A stretch of 64,000 nt of DNA from an uncultured Planctomycetia bacterium (GTDB lineage Bacteria > Planctomycetota > MHYJ01 > WSZJ01 > CAZWCX01). The stretch's first letter is position 1. The number at the start of each line of letters is the position of its first letter. The stretch spans positions 711-64,710 of the forward strand of contig CAZWCX010000028.1 in NCBI GenBank assembly GCA_964632945.1, read 5' to 3'. Below the pieces are notes generated by a model. The model had not been told where the DNA came from. It did no database searches and was given only the letters and a program-made list of their open reading frames with translations. The position numbers and the translations under genes were made by a program. This document shows positions 9,540 to 18,296 of this stretch, in pieces.

Positions 9540-12500
9540 ATGACGACTGGCCCATCGGTGAGTTTGACGCCGATCAGCGTCCTGACCTCCGCCAACCAGC
9601 GATCCAGATCTTCCGGTGTCCTGATGGTCGCGGCTGGGAGTGCAACCCGGACGGCGTTCGGTTCGAGCAGCTTGGCCGCAAGAAGTGCTGCGGTCTGAAA
9701 CCGCGCCGGTAAGGCATCACGATGGGAGCGCCAACTCTCCAGAGACCGCGCAAGCAGCGAAGCGCGCAATGCCTCCTCGGTGCCCAAAGAAAGGGCGACC
9801 AGGGGTTCGATCGCGGCCTGCCGCACGATGGCGTCCCGCTGCTCCGTCGCTAGTTTCTTCCAAGAATCCAGGGCTGCGAGCCCTGCCGATTCGCGCTGGT
9901 GCATGGCGACGCACTCTCCGTGCAGCTTGACGATTTCGGCGCGCAGCCCCGTCGTCAATCGCTCACACAAGGCTGGAACAGGGTCGGGAGTGGCCAGCAA
10001 GGCACATTGTCGACTGATCGCTTCCACCTCCCGCTCTACTTCCCCGTAGACGGGGAGCCCGCGAGCGTGCGAGAGCAGTTCGTTCAGCACTACCCAGCGA
10101 GGCAAACGCTGCCTCGCCAATTCACCCGCCGCTCGCCAATCCCCGGCTTCCTTGGTGAGCCGGGTTCCTTCATTCAGAATCGCAATCAGTTGTTCATTGC
10201 CGCCGAGATTCTGGAGATCCTTGATGTGGGCTGTGTTGGGGCGCAGCGCAAGGGGAGGGGCACCACCTGCTGCATCGGCGAGCCCGAGCATCGCGGTCAG
10301 GAACGACTCCGCCTTGCTGGCTTCTTCGTTGGCCTGGCACTTGATGTCGATGACGTTGTAGAGGTTGCGGAGAGCGATCCGCTGGGACGCCGTGATCACC
10401 GTGACCTCGATACGGAAGTCGGTCACGCCGATCTTCGTGTGGTCCAACCGCGTTCGATCTACCGGCTTTCCATTCTGCGATGCACGGATTTGTCCGGCGG
10501 TGAGGAGGACGAGCAGGGCGGCGTCGATGGCGTCCTGCGACCAGCCGTACTCATTCCCGCCGAATTGCCTTCGGATTTCACTCCCCTTCTTTCCCGTCCC
10601 CACCCAGGCGAGGATGGCGGAGCAGACGGGGTGCTGCTCCGGGCTGCCCTTGTACCCGACGGCTTCAAGGGCGTCCGCCGCCCCAGCCTTCGTGCGCTTG
10701 AGCACTTCCTCCCAGCCCTTCTGGTCGGCAAGGTGGAATTCCGGAAATTGCCGGACGAGTGCCGCCTCCGCACCTTCCCGCACCGCGGTGAGGAGGTCGA
10801 GGGCAGCGATCTCCTGCCCGCCACCGAGAATCACCCGAGCGCCGCCCAGCACCTGGGTCTCGATGACCACTCGCGCGTTCGCCTCCGCTTGCAGGGCCCG
10901 GGTCTCCATGGCAGCCCGGGCGTCGAGCCCCTCGGGAGTCGTCGGGTTCCCTCGGGTATCCAGGGTCTCCTTGGCCGCCTTGGCTTCGGCGATCGTCTTC
11001 TTCAGATCCTCGGCGGCCCGCTTCGGGATGAAGACGGTGATCAGCGGGCTGTCTACGCCTGCGGCGCGGGCCTGTGCGAGGACGTTGCTCTCCGTCTCGT
11101 CCCAACCGTTGCGGATCCAGACCGGGATCGCCTGGCCGCTCGGCTGTGGAGTTTCGCCGAAGAAGGGTTCGAGCTTGCGGAGCACCTTGGTAGTGCCCTG
11201 GAGCAGCTTGATTTCCTTGAGCCGCTCGCCGACCTCACGTTTGAGGAGGTCGGCGCGTTCCTGCGCCATTCGGGCGTTGTCCCCGAGGATCTTCGCGTAC
11301 CGCTCCCGGAAGTCCACGAGCCAGACGGTGCCCTCCTGCGTCTGAAGTTTGTACTCATCCTCGATGCGCAGCAGCCTGCCGGACTTCTCCAGATCCGCCA
11401 GCAAGGCGGGGATCCGCTTCCTCAGATCGGCGCTGCCCGCCTTCAGGTCCTGAACGAGCAAGTCGGCCAAGGTGTCGGCGGTCGCTCGGACTCCCAGATC
11501 CGCCCCGGCCTGTGTGGGCAGCTTGCCGATCAAGAAGACCAGGGCGCACAAGCGGCCTCGGAGCACGTCATCGGCCGAACCGCCAAGAAGCTCGGCGATC
11601 ACGTTGTGAAGTTCCCGAACTAGAACACCACGCTGGAGCAAATCGGTGGCGACCTGGTCGTAGATGAACGAAGCCGGAACGACGTGGCCCAGGGGTTCCG
11701 GGGCCAGGGCGCGGGCGGCTTCATGGGCAATGCGAAGCTGCGTGCGAAGCTGCCCAGTGAGCCCGCCGCTGTCCACCGCACGGAGGATGCGCTCCCAGAA
11801 CCGTTGGCGCACCGGGAGGAGCGGGTAGTCGGTGACGAGCAGTGCCTCGTCCTCTGGGCAGGGGGCGATCTTGGTACTGACGAGGTGCTTGGAAATCTCC
11901 CCGTGGCACGCATCGAGTACGCTGCGGATCTCGGCCTCCCGGTCGGCTCTCTTTTGCAAAACGACCTTGCGAATGACCGTCTCGACATCGGTGTCGGAGA
12001 GGTGGACGTTGCGCGTGAACCGGCCTTTGAGGCGGCTGAGCTGCGCGGTGCTGGTGAGGGCGGCCTGACCGGTGCCGATCACGATGAGCTTGCCATCGAA
12101 TCGCTTGCTGATCGCCTCCACCACCTCTTGGACGGCGTAGGAGCGATCCTGGTCCTCACCGATGTACTGCTGGACCTCGTCCAGGATGATCGCCGTGCAG
12201 GGGAGCTTTCCATTCGTGAGGAGGGCCTCGCGGAGCGCCTTCACCATCTCCTCGATGGTGATCACGTTCTTGGGCGGGAAGGTCTTCTCGATCAGGTGCA
12301 GGGCGGCCTCCGGCGTGGCGGCGATGGCCGGATCCGCCTTGAGGATGCACTTCGCGAGGGGAGTCGAGACGTAGAGATTCCTCACCTCCTCGTCGAAGTC
12401 TTCCCCGGATTTCTTGAGGTCGGCCCTCACACGGTCCAGGAGGCCCTTCGCCTTGAGCCACAAGACGAATCGAGCACCGGGGTAGTCTTCGGGGAGCTGA

Positions 12501-12970
12501 CAGGACCGGAAGACGACCGCCAGGACTGCGAGGGGCACGCTGGCGTTCGCACCGGGGCCGAGGGTCCCCGCGGCAGCATGGAGCCCCCCATTCTGACGGC
12601 CCTTGGTGGACAGTTCCTTGAGCGCGTCCTTGATCTCTGCGGGCAGATTCGCGATACCTCGCGCCGTGGACTTGTCCGGCAGTGCGTAGTCCGTCCAGAG
12701 ATACCGGAGCACCTTGGCAAGGTGGGACTTCCCGCTGCCGTAGAAGCCGCTGATCCAGACGGCGGGCTGTTCCGGCTTGTCGAGATTCCCGAGGTAGGTG
12801 TCGAGCACAATGGAGAGTCCCTTGTGGTACTCCCCCTCGCAGACGAAGGTCCGGAGTTCGTACATGAGGGTGCGGAACTCCGGGTCCGCATCCGTCACGG
12901 CAGCGACGCCGTTGTTGGCGAGGGTGCTCTTCTCCGGGTCCTGGCGGAAGACATCGCGGTTCTTGGTCAA
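9536..12970 (-). CDS. brxC: BREX ATPase BrxC/PglY (start set at TTG overlapping brxB TGA; ORF track extends to 13465)
   Basis: P-loop GFYGSGKSHLAKVL and the conserved N-terminal VFRQDPEKSTLANNGVAAVTDAD. The ORF-track start at 13465 would overlap brxB by 500 nt, so the TTG at 12970 (TTGA overlap) is preferred. Confidence 0.85.
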   Translation of the reverse strand: MTKNRDVFRQDPEKSTLANNGVAAVTDADPEFRTLMYELRTFVCEGEYHKGLSIVLDTYLGNLDKPEQPAVWISGFYGSGKSHLAKVLRYLWTDYALPDKSTARGIANLPAEIKDALKELSTKGRQNGGLHAAAGTLGPGANASVPLAVLAVVFRSCQLPEDYPGARFVLWLKAKGLLDRVRADLKKSGEDFDEEVRNLYVSTPLAKCILKADPAIAATPEAALHLIEKTFPPKNVITIEEMVKALREALLTNGKLPCTAIILDEVQQYIGEDQDRSYAVQEVVEAISKRFDGKLIVIGTGQAALTSTAQLSRLKGRFTRNVHLSDTDVETVIRKVVLQKRADREAEIRSVLDACHGEISKHLVSTKIAPCPEDEALLVTDYPLLPVRQRFWERILRAVDSGGLTGQLRTQLRIAHEAARALAPEPLGHVVPASFIYDQVATDLLQRGVLVRELHNVIAELLGGSADDVLRGRLCALVFLIGKLPTQAGADLGVRATADTLADLLVQDLKAGSADLRKRIPALLADLEKSGRLLRIEDEYKLQTQEGTVWLVDFRERYAKILGDNARMAQERADLLKREVGERLKEIKLLQGTTKVLRKLEPFFGETPQPSGQAIPVWIRNGWDETESNVLAQARAAGVDSPLITVFIPKRAAEDLKKTIAEAKAAKETLDTRGNPTTPEGLDARAAMETRALQAEANARVVIETQVLGGARVILGGGQEIAALDLLTAVREGAEAALVRQFPEFHLADQKGWEEVLKRTKAGAADALEAVGYKGSPEQHPVCSAILAWVGTGKKGSEIRRQFGGNEYGWSQDAIDAALLVLLTAGQIRASQNGKPVDRTRLDHTKIGVTDFRIEVTVITASQRIALRNLYNVIDIKCQANEEASKAESFLTAMLGLADAAGGAPPLALRPNTAHIKDLQNLGGNEQLIAILNEGTRLTKEAGDWRAAGELARQRLPRWVVLNELLSHARGLPVYGEVEREVEAISRQCALLATPDPVPALCERLTTGLRAEIVKLHGECVAMHQRESAGLAALDSWKKLATEQRDAIVRQAAIEPLVALSLGTEEALRASLLARSLESWRSHRDALPARFQTAALLAAKLLEPNAVRVALPAATIRTPEDLDRWLAEVRTLIGVKLTDGPVVI

Positions 12971-13518
12971 TCCACAGCTCCTTTGTACGCCGTGATCGGG
13001 ACCGCCAGGTAGTTCCAACCTTCGTGGCCGTCGAACAGTCGATAGACGTTCTGGTCGTACTGTCCCGGAAAAAAGACCAGGAGCCGACCCGCGATGGCGT
13101 CCTGGATCTGAGCGATCAGGTCGGAAGCGCGGATGAGGCCGAAGAGCGAGCCGATGCCCGAGAGGGCGACGACGGTCTGGCCGTCGGATTCGCGGAGCAG
13201 CTTGAGAATCGGCGCGGCGGCGGCGAGCTTGAAGTCCTTGAAGGCCATTTCCAGCTTTTGTGGCGCGGTGAAGTAGGAGTCCCGGTACTTGTGTCCACCC
13301 ATCCAGCGGGAAAACCCATGTGTCAGGTCGTGGTGAGCCCAGCCATGCTTCGCGTTGCCCGTCGCCAACGCAAACTCGCCAAGGCGGGCGCGGAGTCGGC
13401 GTTCGTCGGACTTGTCGTAGACCGCGAACCAGACCCGTTGGGGTCCGGCGAGCGAGGCGTCCCATGGCAACGAGACGAACTCGGCGTAGGCCTGGATGAG
13501 CCGTTCAATCTGGTTCAC
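12967..13518 (-). CDS. brxB: BREX protein BrxB (DUF1788), GTG start
   Basis: C-terminal 183 aa of ORF 12967..13821 (VNQIERLIQAYAEFVSLPWD...FFPGQYDQNVYRLFDGHEGWNYLA) is the BrxB family. The upstream part of that ORF is low-complexity. Confidence 0.85.
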   Translation of the reverse strand: MNQIERLIQAYAEFVSLPWDASLAGPQRVWFAVYDKSDERRLRARLGEFALATGNAKHGWAHHDLTHGFSRWMGGHKYRDSYFTAPQKLEMAFKDFKLAAAAPILKLLRESDGQTVVALSGIGSLFGLIRASDLIAQIQDAIAGRLLVFFPGQYDQNVYRLFDGHEGWNYLAVPITAYKGAVD

Positions 13519-14218
13519 GGGACGCCTCGATCTCGACCGGTGTGAGGAGTTGGGGGAAACGGACTTCGAGGACGTCGCCCGCGTGACGCAGGTCGAGGAG
13601 GCCCAGGCGAGCGGCTTCGGCGGCAAGGCGGATGACTTCAGCATCTCGGAGATCGAGGACGCGGGTCCAGAGCGTGGCAAGGAGGGCGCGTCCACGGCAC
13701 CGCGTGAGGAAGCCGAGGGCAAGGGCAAAGACGGCGCAGGCTGGAGTGGCGACCGGGTGGGAGCGCGTCTTGGTGGCGCGGCCTGCAAGGTGCCCGGACT
13801 GTGTCCAGGAGGAAGCAGCATTCCGAGCGACTTTGTCGCGGGAGGAAGGTTTCAATCGACCTTCGGTGAGTTCGAGGAGGCACGGGATGAAATCGTGCGC
13901 TGCCATCCGGGTGCCAACGCGAGCCTGTAGCACGGGTTCCGCCGTAGCCCGAAGGAGGGGGTCCCGTGCCAGCGCACAGAGAAGCGCGAGCAGCGGCTGA
14001 CCGGCGGCATCCTGGTCCCACAGGAATCGAAGAATGCGGAAGAGCGTGATGGAAGGATCCAGCCCATAGACTTCTGCGAGTCGCTGGATCGTGAGACGTC
14101 GGGTGGCGATCGTGCGCTTGCCGAGGACGTTGTCCTCGACGGCGACGCGCTGGTAGTCGGCGAGTCGAGCGGACGGAGGGAGGGCGCGCAGGAGATCGGT
14201 TAGTTCGCGGAGCATCAT
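13505..14218 (-). CDS. brxA: BREX protein BrxA (DUF1819)
   Basis: Begins at the internal Met MMLRELTDLLRALPP... of ORF 13505..14491. First gene of the canonical brxA-brxB-brxC-pglX-pglZ-brxL order. Confidence 0.75.
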   Translation of the reverse strand: MMLRELTDLLRALPPSARLADYQRVAVEDNVLGKRTIATRRLTIQRLAEVYGLDPSITLFRILRFLWDQDAAGQPLLALLCALARDPLLRATAEPVLQARVGTRMAAHDFIPCLLELTEGRLKPSSRDKVARNAASSWTQSGHLAGRATKTRSHPVATPACAVFALALGFLTRCRGRALLATLWTRVLDLRDAEVIRLAAEAARLGLLDLRHAGDVLEVRFPQLLTPVEIEASREPD

Positions 14219-14839
14219 GGTCCGGCTGGTGTGGGTGCCCCGCGGGCCGCTGCGGAAGCCGAATCGGTCAGGCCATGGGTCGGCTCCGCCACGGCTGGCC
14301 ATTGCCGAGGACCGCTCGACCACGGAGGAGAATCTCCCTCTGCGCATCCGTCGATCTCTCGATCGCGCCACTGGAAGCCAAAGGCGCCTCGCGATCAGGG
14401 TGGGCCTGATGCGGGCGGGGGGGCCGGGGAGTTGACCGTGGCTCGAATGGGGCCAACGGTCGGTCCACGGCGGCGTGCCGGACCGTATCAAACGGCTCCA
14501 GGGTGGTCAAGGAACGGTCAGGGTGCAGCCGAGGGGTGTGGGTCGGCTGCAAAGTGCATTCGGGAGTGAACCCAGGATTCAGGCTCGGGGCAGATGTACC
14601 CAGGTAGCTGCGGGTGGACTATTGGCGGGGTTGAACACCAGCCCGGCGCTTGCGTTGGTAGCACTTCATGCGAACGCCCCAGGCTACTACGCGACCGATG
14701 ATCGGCGAGCAGCGCGGAAGTGGCGAACGATCCGACGGACTTCAGACAACTCCACCGACGACGGGTGGCGGGTGTGCCCGCGGATCTGTGAAGGGGTCTC
14801 AAGTGCCCCGGCGTCAGATCAGCGGTTGGATTCGGCAAG
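14219..14839 (-). promoter_or_regulatory. long noncoding leader/promoter region upstream of brxA
   Basis: 620 nt with only low-complexity ORFs between the HTH gene and brxA. No promoter motifs were confidently identified. Confidence 0.3.
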
Positions 14840-15319
14840 TCAGGTCCGGGAGTCTCCTGTCAATTTCCCCCCAAGTCCAAACTCGTGGAGCCTCTCGAGA
14901 ATCTCCTGCCTTCGTCGAAGGAGTTCCGAAGTGGGAAGGGAGGAAAGGTCGGCCGAGGCCTCTTTGTCTTCTGGCTCCGTAGCCGGACCGAAAAGCCGAA
15001 GGCCCTTGAGCACTTCGAGGCTGGTGCGGACCCGGAGACCCAAGTCGTCCGATTCCTCGATCGCGACGCGTACGCTTTCGATGGCCGAGCCGACAAGGCC
15101 GAGTAGCTGGCCACGGGCGACAGTGGCCATTTCAACTCGCGTTTGTTCCAGCGCGGAGACAAAGTCGGGGTCGCGAATCCACCGATGGACTGTTGAGCGA
15201 GCGATCCCCAAATCGGACGCGACCTTAGATATTGGCGTGCCGACGACCACGGCTTGGAGGACGCGTGCCCTTTTCGCTGGGAGATCCACGAACCCAACGA
15301 CTGTCTCAATCTGTCGCAT
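14840..15319 (-). CDS. small helix-turn-helix domain protein (putative regulator)
   Basis: 159 aa with a clear HTH (ISKVASDLGIARSTVHRWIRD). Same strand as, and immediately upstream of, the BREX operon. Confidence 0.6.
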   Translation of the reverse strand: MRQIETVVGFVDLPAKRARVLQAVVVGTPISKVASDLGIARSTVHRWIRDPDFVSALEQTRVEMATVARGQLLGLVGSAIESVRVAIEESDDLGLRVRTSLEVLKGLRLFGPATEPEDKEASADLSSLPTSELLRRRQEILERLHEFGLGGKLTGDSRT

Positions 15320-15460
15320 GGTGAACCATCATACAAATCCCATGTCTGACAACCAAATGCAGCCGCTCCGGCAGCGACAGAATCCTGGATTCCGACGGGA
15401 ACGAGGAAAAACTGCCATTGATGCGGCGACCGCGGTCACGATTCCCGTCTGGGTAATCAA

Positions 15461-15505
15461 CGACAACTAGAATCCCGGGGGCGGCGACAACTAGAAACCC
15501 GGGGT
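15461..15505. repeat. tandem direct repeat of a 21-nt unit with 3-nt spacer, followed by a perfect palindrome GGCGACG-CA-CGTCGCC
   Basis: The two units (cgacaactagaatcccggggg and cgacaactagaaacccggggt) and the palindrome were read directly from the sequence. They lie upstream of the HTH gene start. Confidence 0.6.
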
Positions 15506-15736
15506 CCGGCGCCTCCCCGGCCGATGTCTCCCGGTACTATTAGCCCCCGGGCGACGCACGTCGCCTTACCGGGTTCGCGTGCCTTCATTTTGTTTCCCTT
15601 GCGGCCCCATCTCGGCCCGGTTGCCCGGGACTGGGCTCTCGTCACTCTGCCGGAAGGGGTGGACCTCCAGGTCGTTCGACCCTCTCAAGTGCGCGCAAAT
15701 CGCATCCTGGCACCTCCGGTCCCCCCACTCGACACC

Positions 15737-15955
15737 TCAGTTCGGCTTCTTCAGATCCGCGTGCTCCATCCCTCCGGTCGAATGTCGCCAGCTCTTCTCC
15801 AGCGGGAGGCGAGACTCGCGCGGCAACTGCTCAACGCGCCTTGCGCGCCGTCTCCGCCACCTCCTCGAAGCAGGCGCGGATCGTCGGCAGGTGCAGGGGT
15901 GCAGGGTCTTGAGGTTCTCCTGCACAAGGGTGCGCTGCTCGGTCGCCTTACTCAT
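15737..15955 (-). CDS. small Arg-rich basic protein (72 aa), hypothetical
   Basis: Internal ATG of ORF 15737..16024 is preceded by a strong SD (ggggaggtggcccATG). It lies 185 nt downstream of the RT stop on the same strand. The Arg-rich product has a low-complexity look. Confidence 0.35.
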   Translation of the reverse strand: MSKATEQRTLVQENLKTLHPCTCRRSAPASRRWRRRRARRVEQLPRESRLPLEKSWRHSTGGMEHADLKKPN

Positions 15956-16142
15956 GGGCCACCTCCCCGGCCGCAATCGGGCACAGGCGTCGTACACGCC
16001 CACGTTCACGGGGTCGACCTTCACGTCGGTCGGCAGCTCGGGCCGACCCGCCGCCCAACATCAACTTCGGGTTCACTGCATCCTTGAACCGGTGGTGCGG
16101 CTGATCCACGTCCACTCTCGTGGCCGCGCCCCGCCTGGGTGT

Positions 16143-17681
16143 TTACCCCGGCCCAGTGACTTTCGGAACGCCCATCTCGTCTGCGACGCGATTCAGGTCC
16201 TTCTCGCGCAGGTCGCGTCGCATCGAGTCGTGGTAGACGCCCGGAGTGTCCCGCCGGTCCCACCGTACATCGGCGGGGATGGCGTCGCGCAGGGTCGCCC
16301 ACAGCAGGACAGCAGCCAGGCGGCGACCCGCGTCGATGGGACCTCCCGATAGTAGAGTGCGGATCGAGCTTCGACATCCAAGGCAATTGAAGGAGAGGAC
16401 CATCCGTCGCGCCTTGCGCGACTCGTCCAGTGGGGTCGTGATGTGGATGTCGTCCGGATCTAGGCTCCCGAGGTCGGCGCACAGGTCCGCGAGGACGGCC
16501 GGGTCCAGGGGGTCGCGACCGGGGTGGTCTCGACGGAAGGCGTCTGCCGCCTCGACCACCCGGCGGGGTCGGGGGCTCCGGGACCACGGGCCGCCGGACC
16601 CGTGCAAGACGGTTTGCACGAAGGAATGCGTCACTCCCGGCGCGAAGCAGACGCTGATGAATGGGGTATTCGTCGTGCCCTTGGTGGGTACGTGGAAGTT
16701 CCTGCGCCAGCACGCCTTGCAGCGTGACTCCCCCTCGCCTGGCGCACGGTAGGGGTGATCCGTTGTTGCTCCCGCGGTAAGAGAAGCGTCAACCGCTCTC
16801 TCACCCTCCTTGCGAGGAAGAGCACCATAGACGGCCACCCGGTCTTCCTCCCCGTCCTTAGGCGGATCGCAGGGAGTATGGAGACGACTATTTCCGCATC
16901 CCGCGGTGCCATCCCCAGGGGAGCGCGTGAAGGTCTCGCAGCCGCATAGGCTGTGGTAGTCGGTTTCGATCTTCCCGGCAGGGATTGTCTTTCGCACTTG
17001 ACCGTCGGCCGCGACGCGGAAGTCCACACCGAGCACCGTCATCTCCACCGCCCGCAGGTCCCCAACCTCGCACTCGACTCCGAGGCCTACGGCCCCCAGC
17101 GTGCGGGCGATCGCGTACGCGCCTGCCCACGCCTCGCCGCGGGTGAGGCACGGCACGATCATGTCGTCCGCATATCTGATGAGGCCGGGAAGACGGAGCC
17201 GCGAATCCATCTCCCCGAGCACCAATTCGGCGAGGATCGGGGACATCGGACATCCCGCGACGATCCCCGTCGGGACGACGCGACACCGACGCTCGATCTC
17301 CTCGACCCAATCCCCAACGATACCGCCGTCGGCCAGGCGCCGCCGGAGAACACCCAAGTCGATTGAGTCGAAGCACTTCACCACGTCCGCGTGCAGCAGC
17401 CAGGTCGCCCCGGTGGCAACCGCGCGGGTGATGTCCAGGACGGCGCGGACGGCACCCCTGCCCGCCCGGCAGTAGCTCCGCGGTGACAGGAGCGGCGTGA
17501 GCGGCGCCACGAGAATCTCATCAAGGATCTTGCGGCCGAGATCCCGGTCCTTCCTCCGCGGGCACCAGCGAGTCTTGCCCCGCGAATCCAAGACTCGGTT
17601 CGGGGTTCGCCACCGGTGCATTCGGATGCGATCGAATAGGGTGCGATCTACCATGTCTAGTAGAACCTTGACATAGAACAC
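16143..17681 (-). CDS. reverse transcriptase with Cys-rich C-terminal extension
   Basis: RT motifs 1-7 present: SYCRAGRGA, HADVVKCFDSID, AGCPMSPILAELVL, YADDMIV, LGVDFRV. Motif 0 is missing. The ~260-aa C-terminal part has CxC...C...C and CxxC-x5-H clusters. GTG start at 17681; an ATG (MVDRTLF) lies at 17654. Confidence 0.85.
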   Translation of the reverse strand: MFYVKVLLDMVDRTLFDRIRMHRWRTPNRVLDSRGKTRWCPRRKDRDLGRKILDEILVAPLTPLLSPRSYCRAGRGAVRAVLDITRAVATGATWLLHADVVKCFDSIDLGVLRRRLADGGIVGDWVEEIERRCRVVPTGIVAGCPMSPILAELVLGEMDSRLRLPGLIRYADDMIVPCLTRGEAWAGAYAIARTLGAVGLGVECEVGDLRAVEMTVLGVDFRVAADGQVRKTIPAGKIETDYHSLCGCETFTRSPGDGTAGCGNSRLHTPCDPPKDGEEDRVAVYGALPRKEGERAVDASLTAGATTDHPYRAPGEGESRCKACWRRNFHVPTKGTTNTPFISVCFAPGVTHSFVQTVLHGSGGPWSRSPRPRRVVEAADAFRRDHPGRDPLDPAVLADLCADLGSLDPDDIHITTPLDESRKARRMVLSFNCLGCRSSIRTLLSGGPIDAGRRLAAVLLWATLRDAIPADVRWDRRDTPGVYHDSMRRDLREKDLNRVADEMGVPKVTGPG

Positions 17682-17783
17682 AAGTTGGTTGGCCTTGTGC
17701 GCACTACCGCCGACGTGTGTCCGCGTCTCGCCCCATCCTGTCTGTCTTGGCGCAGTTGCGCCAAGTCGGGCGTAGTATGCTGG

Positions 17784-18296
17784 TTATCCATCTCCCAAGT
17801 GGATCTGCCGCGAGACTCGCTGGGCGGCCGTATCGATAATCCCCGCGACCCGCTGGAGATCCTCGGTAGTCATCGCCTCGATCTCGTCCTCATATCGGTC
17901 CGGATCAGTCGCGACCATTTCTGCGCGCTTGCTCACTGCTGCCCGCGCTCTCGCGGCAAGTCGCAGCAGCGAGGACTGCAGTCGCAGGAGGGCTTTGTAG
18001 CCAGGCTCGGTGACACAGATCGACTGCCAGACTATCTGATCATCTCCTGCAGGTACTTGATTGGGTTGTTCCACCACTGCGTCCTTTCGTGCAGGCACTT
18101 GATCGGAGCTGCGTCTAAACACCCTGCCGCAGTTGGCAGGCTGAAACTGCGCGGTTGGAGCTATCAACGGACAACCACTACGAAATCCGCACGGGTCCTC
18201 GCACTTGATTATACAATTGTCGCAAATAAAAACAGGTCGCAGAATTCGCGCCCGTTCTCGCGGCTCTAAGCAAACCGGGTATGCTCGTCTCCTCAT
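17784..18296 (-). CDS. Cys-rich hypothetical protein (170 aa), in frame with the downstream RT across one TAA
   Basis: ORF has an N-terminal Cys cluster (CDNCIIKCEDPCGFRSGC) and a helical C-terminal half. Stop TAA at 17784-17786. The 34 codons to the RT start contain no stop and are in the same frame. Confidence 0.4.
   Translation of the reverse strand: MRRRAYPVCLEPRERARILRPVFICDNCIIKCEDPCGFRSGCPLIAPTAQFQPANCGRVFRRSSDQVPARKDAVVEQPNQVPAGDDQIVWQSICVTEPGYKALLRLQSSLLRLAARARAAVSKRAEMVATDPDRYEDEIEAMTTEDLQRVAGIIDTAAQRVSRQIHLGDG

Larger units (their letters stand above)
16143..18296 (-). pseudogene. possible single N-terminally extended RT gene interrupted by an in-frame TAA (or readthrough/sequencing error)
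   Basis: Frame identity between ORF 17784..18296 and ORF 16143..17681, with a stop-free 34-codon linker. Confidence 0.3.

Noticed and set aside
16021-16713. 230-aa ORF on the minus strand overlapping the RT gene in another frame
   Set aside because: Extremely Pro/Arg/Gly-rich low-complexity translation, typical of an alternative frame in GC-rich coding DNA.
15500-17800. Group II intron or retron interpretation of the RT
   Set aside because: The RT ORF lacks motif 0 and a recognisable X/maturase or En domain. Group II domain V/VI would have to lie in 15956-16142, but that region is followed by a separate SD-led ORF. There is no VTG motif and no obvious msr/msd inverted-repeat pair. This was rejected only tentatively, because no covariance search could be run.
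18100-18160. Perfect TATAAT and TTGCGA hexamers on the minus strand near 18230 inside the Cys-rich ORF
   Set aside because: The spacing between the hexamers is 6 nt, not 17 nt, and they lie inside a coding frame. This is probably an incidental AT-rich codon run.
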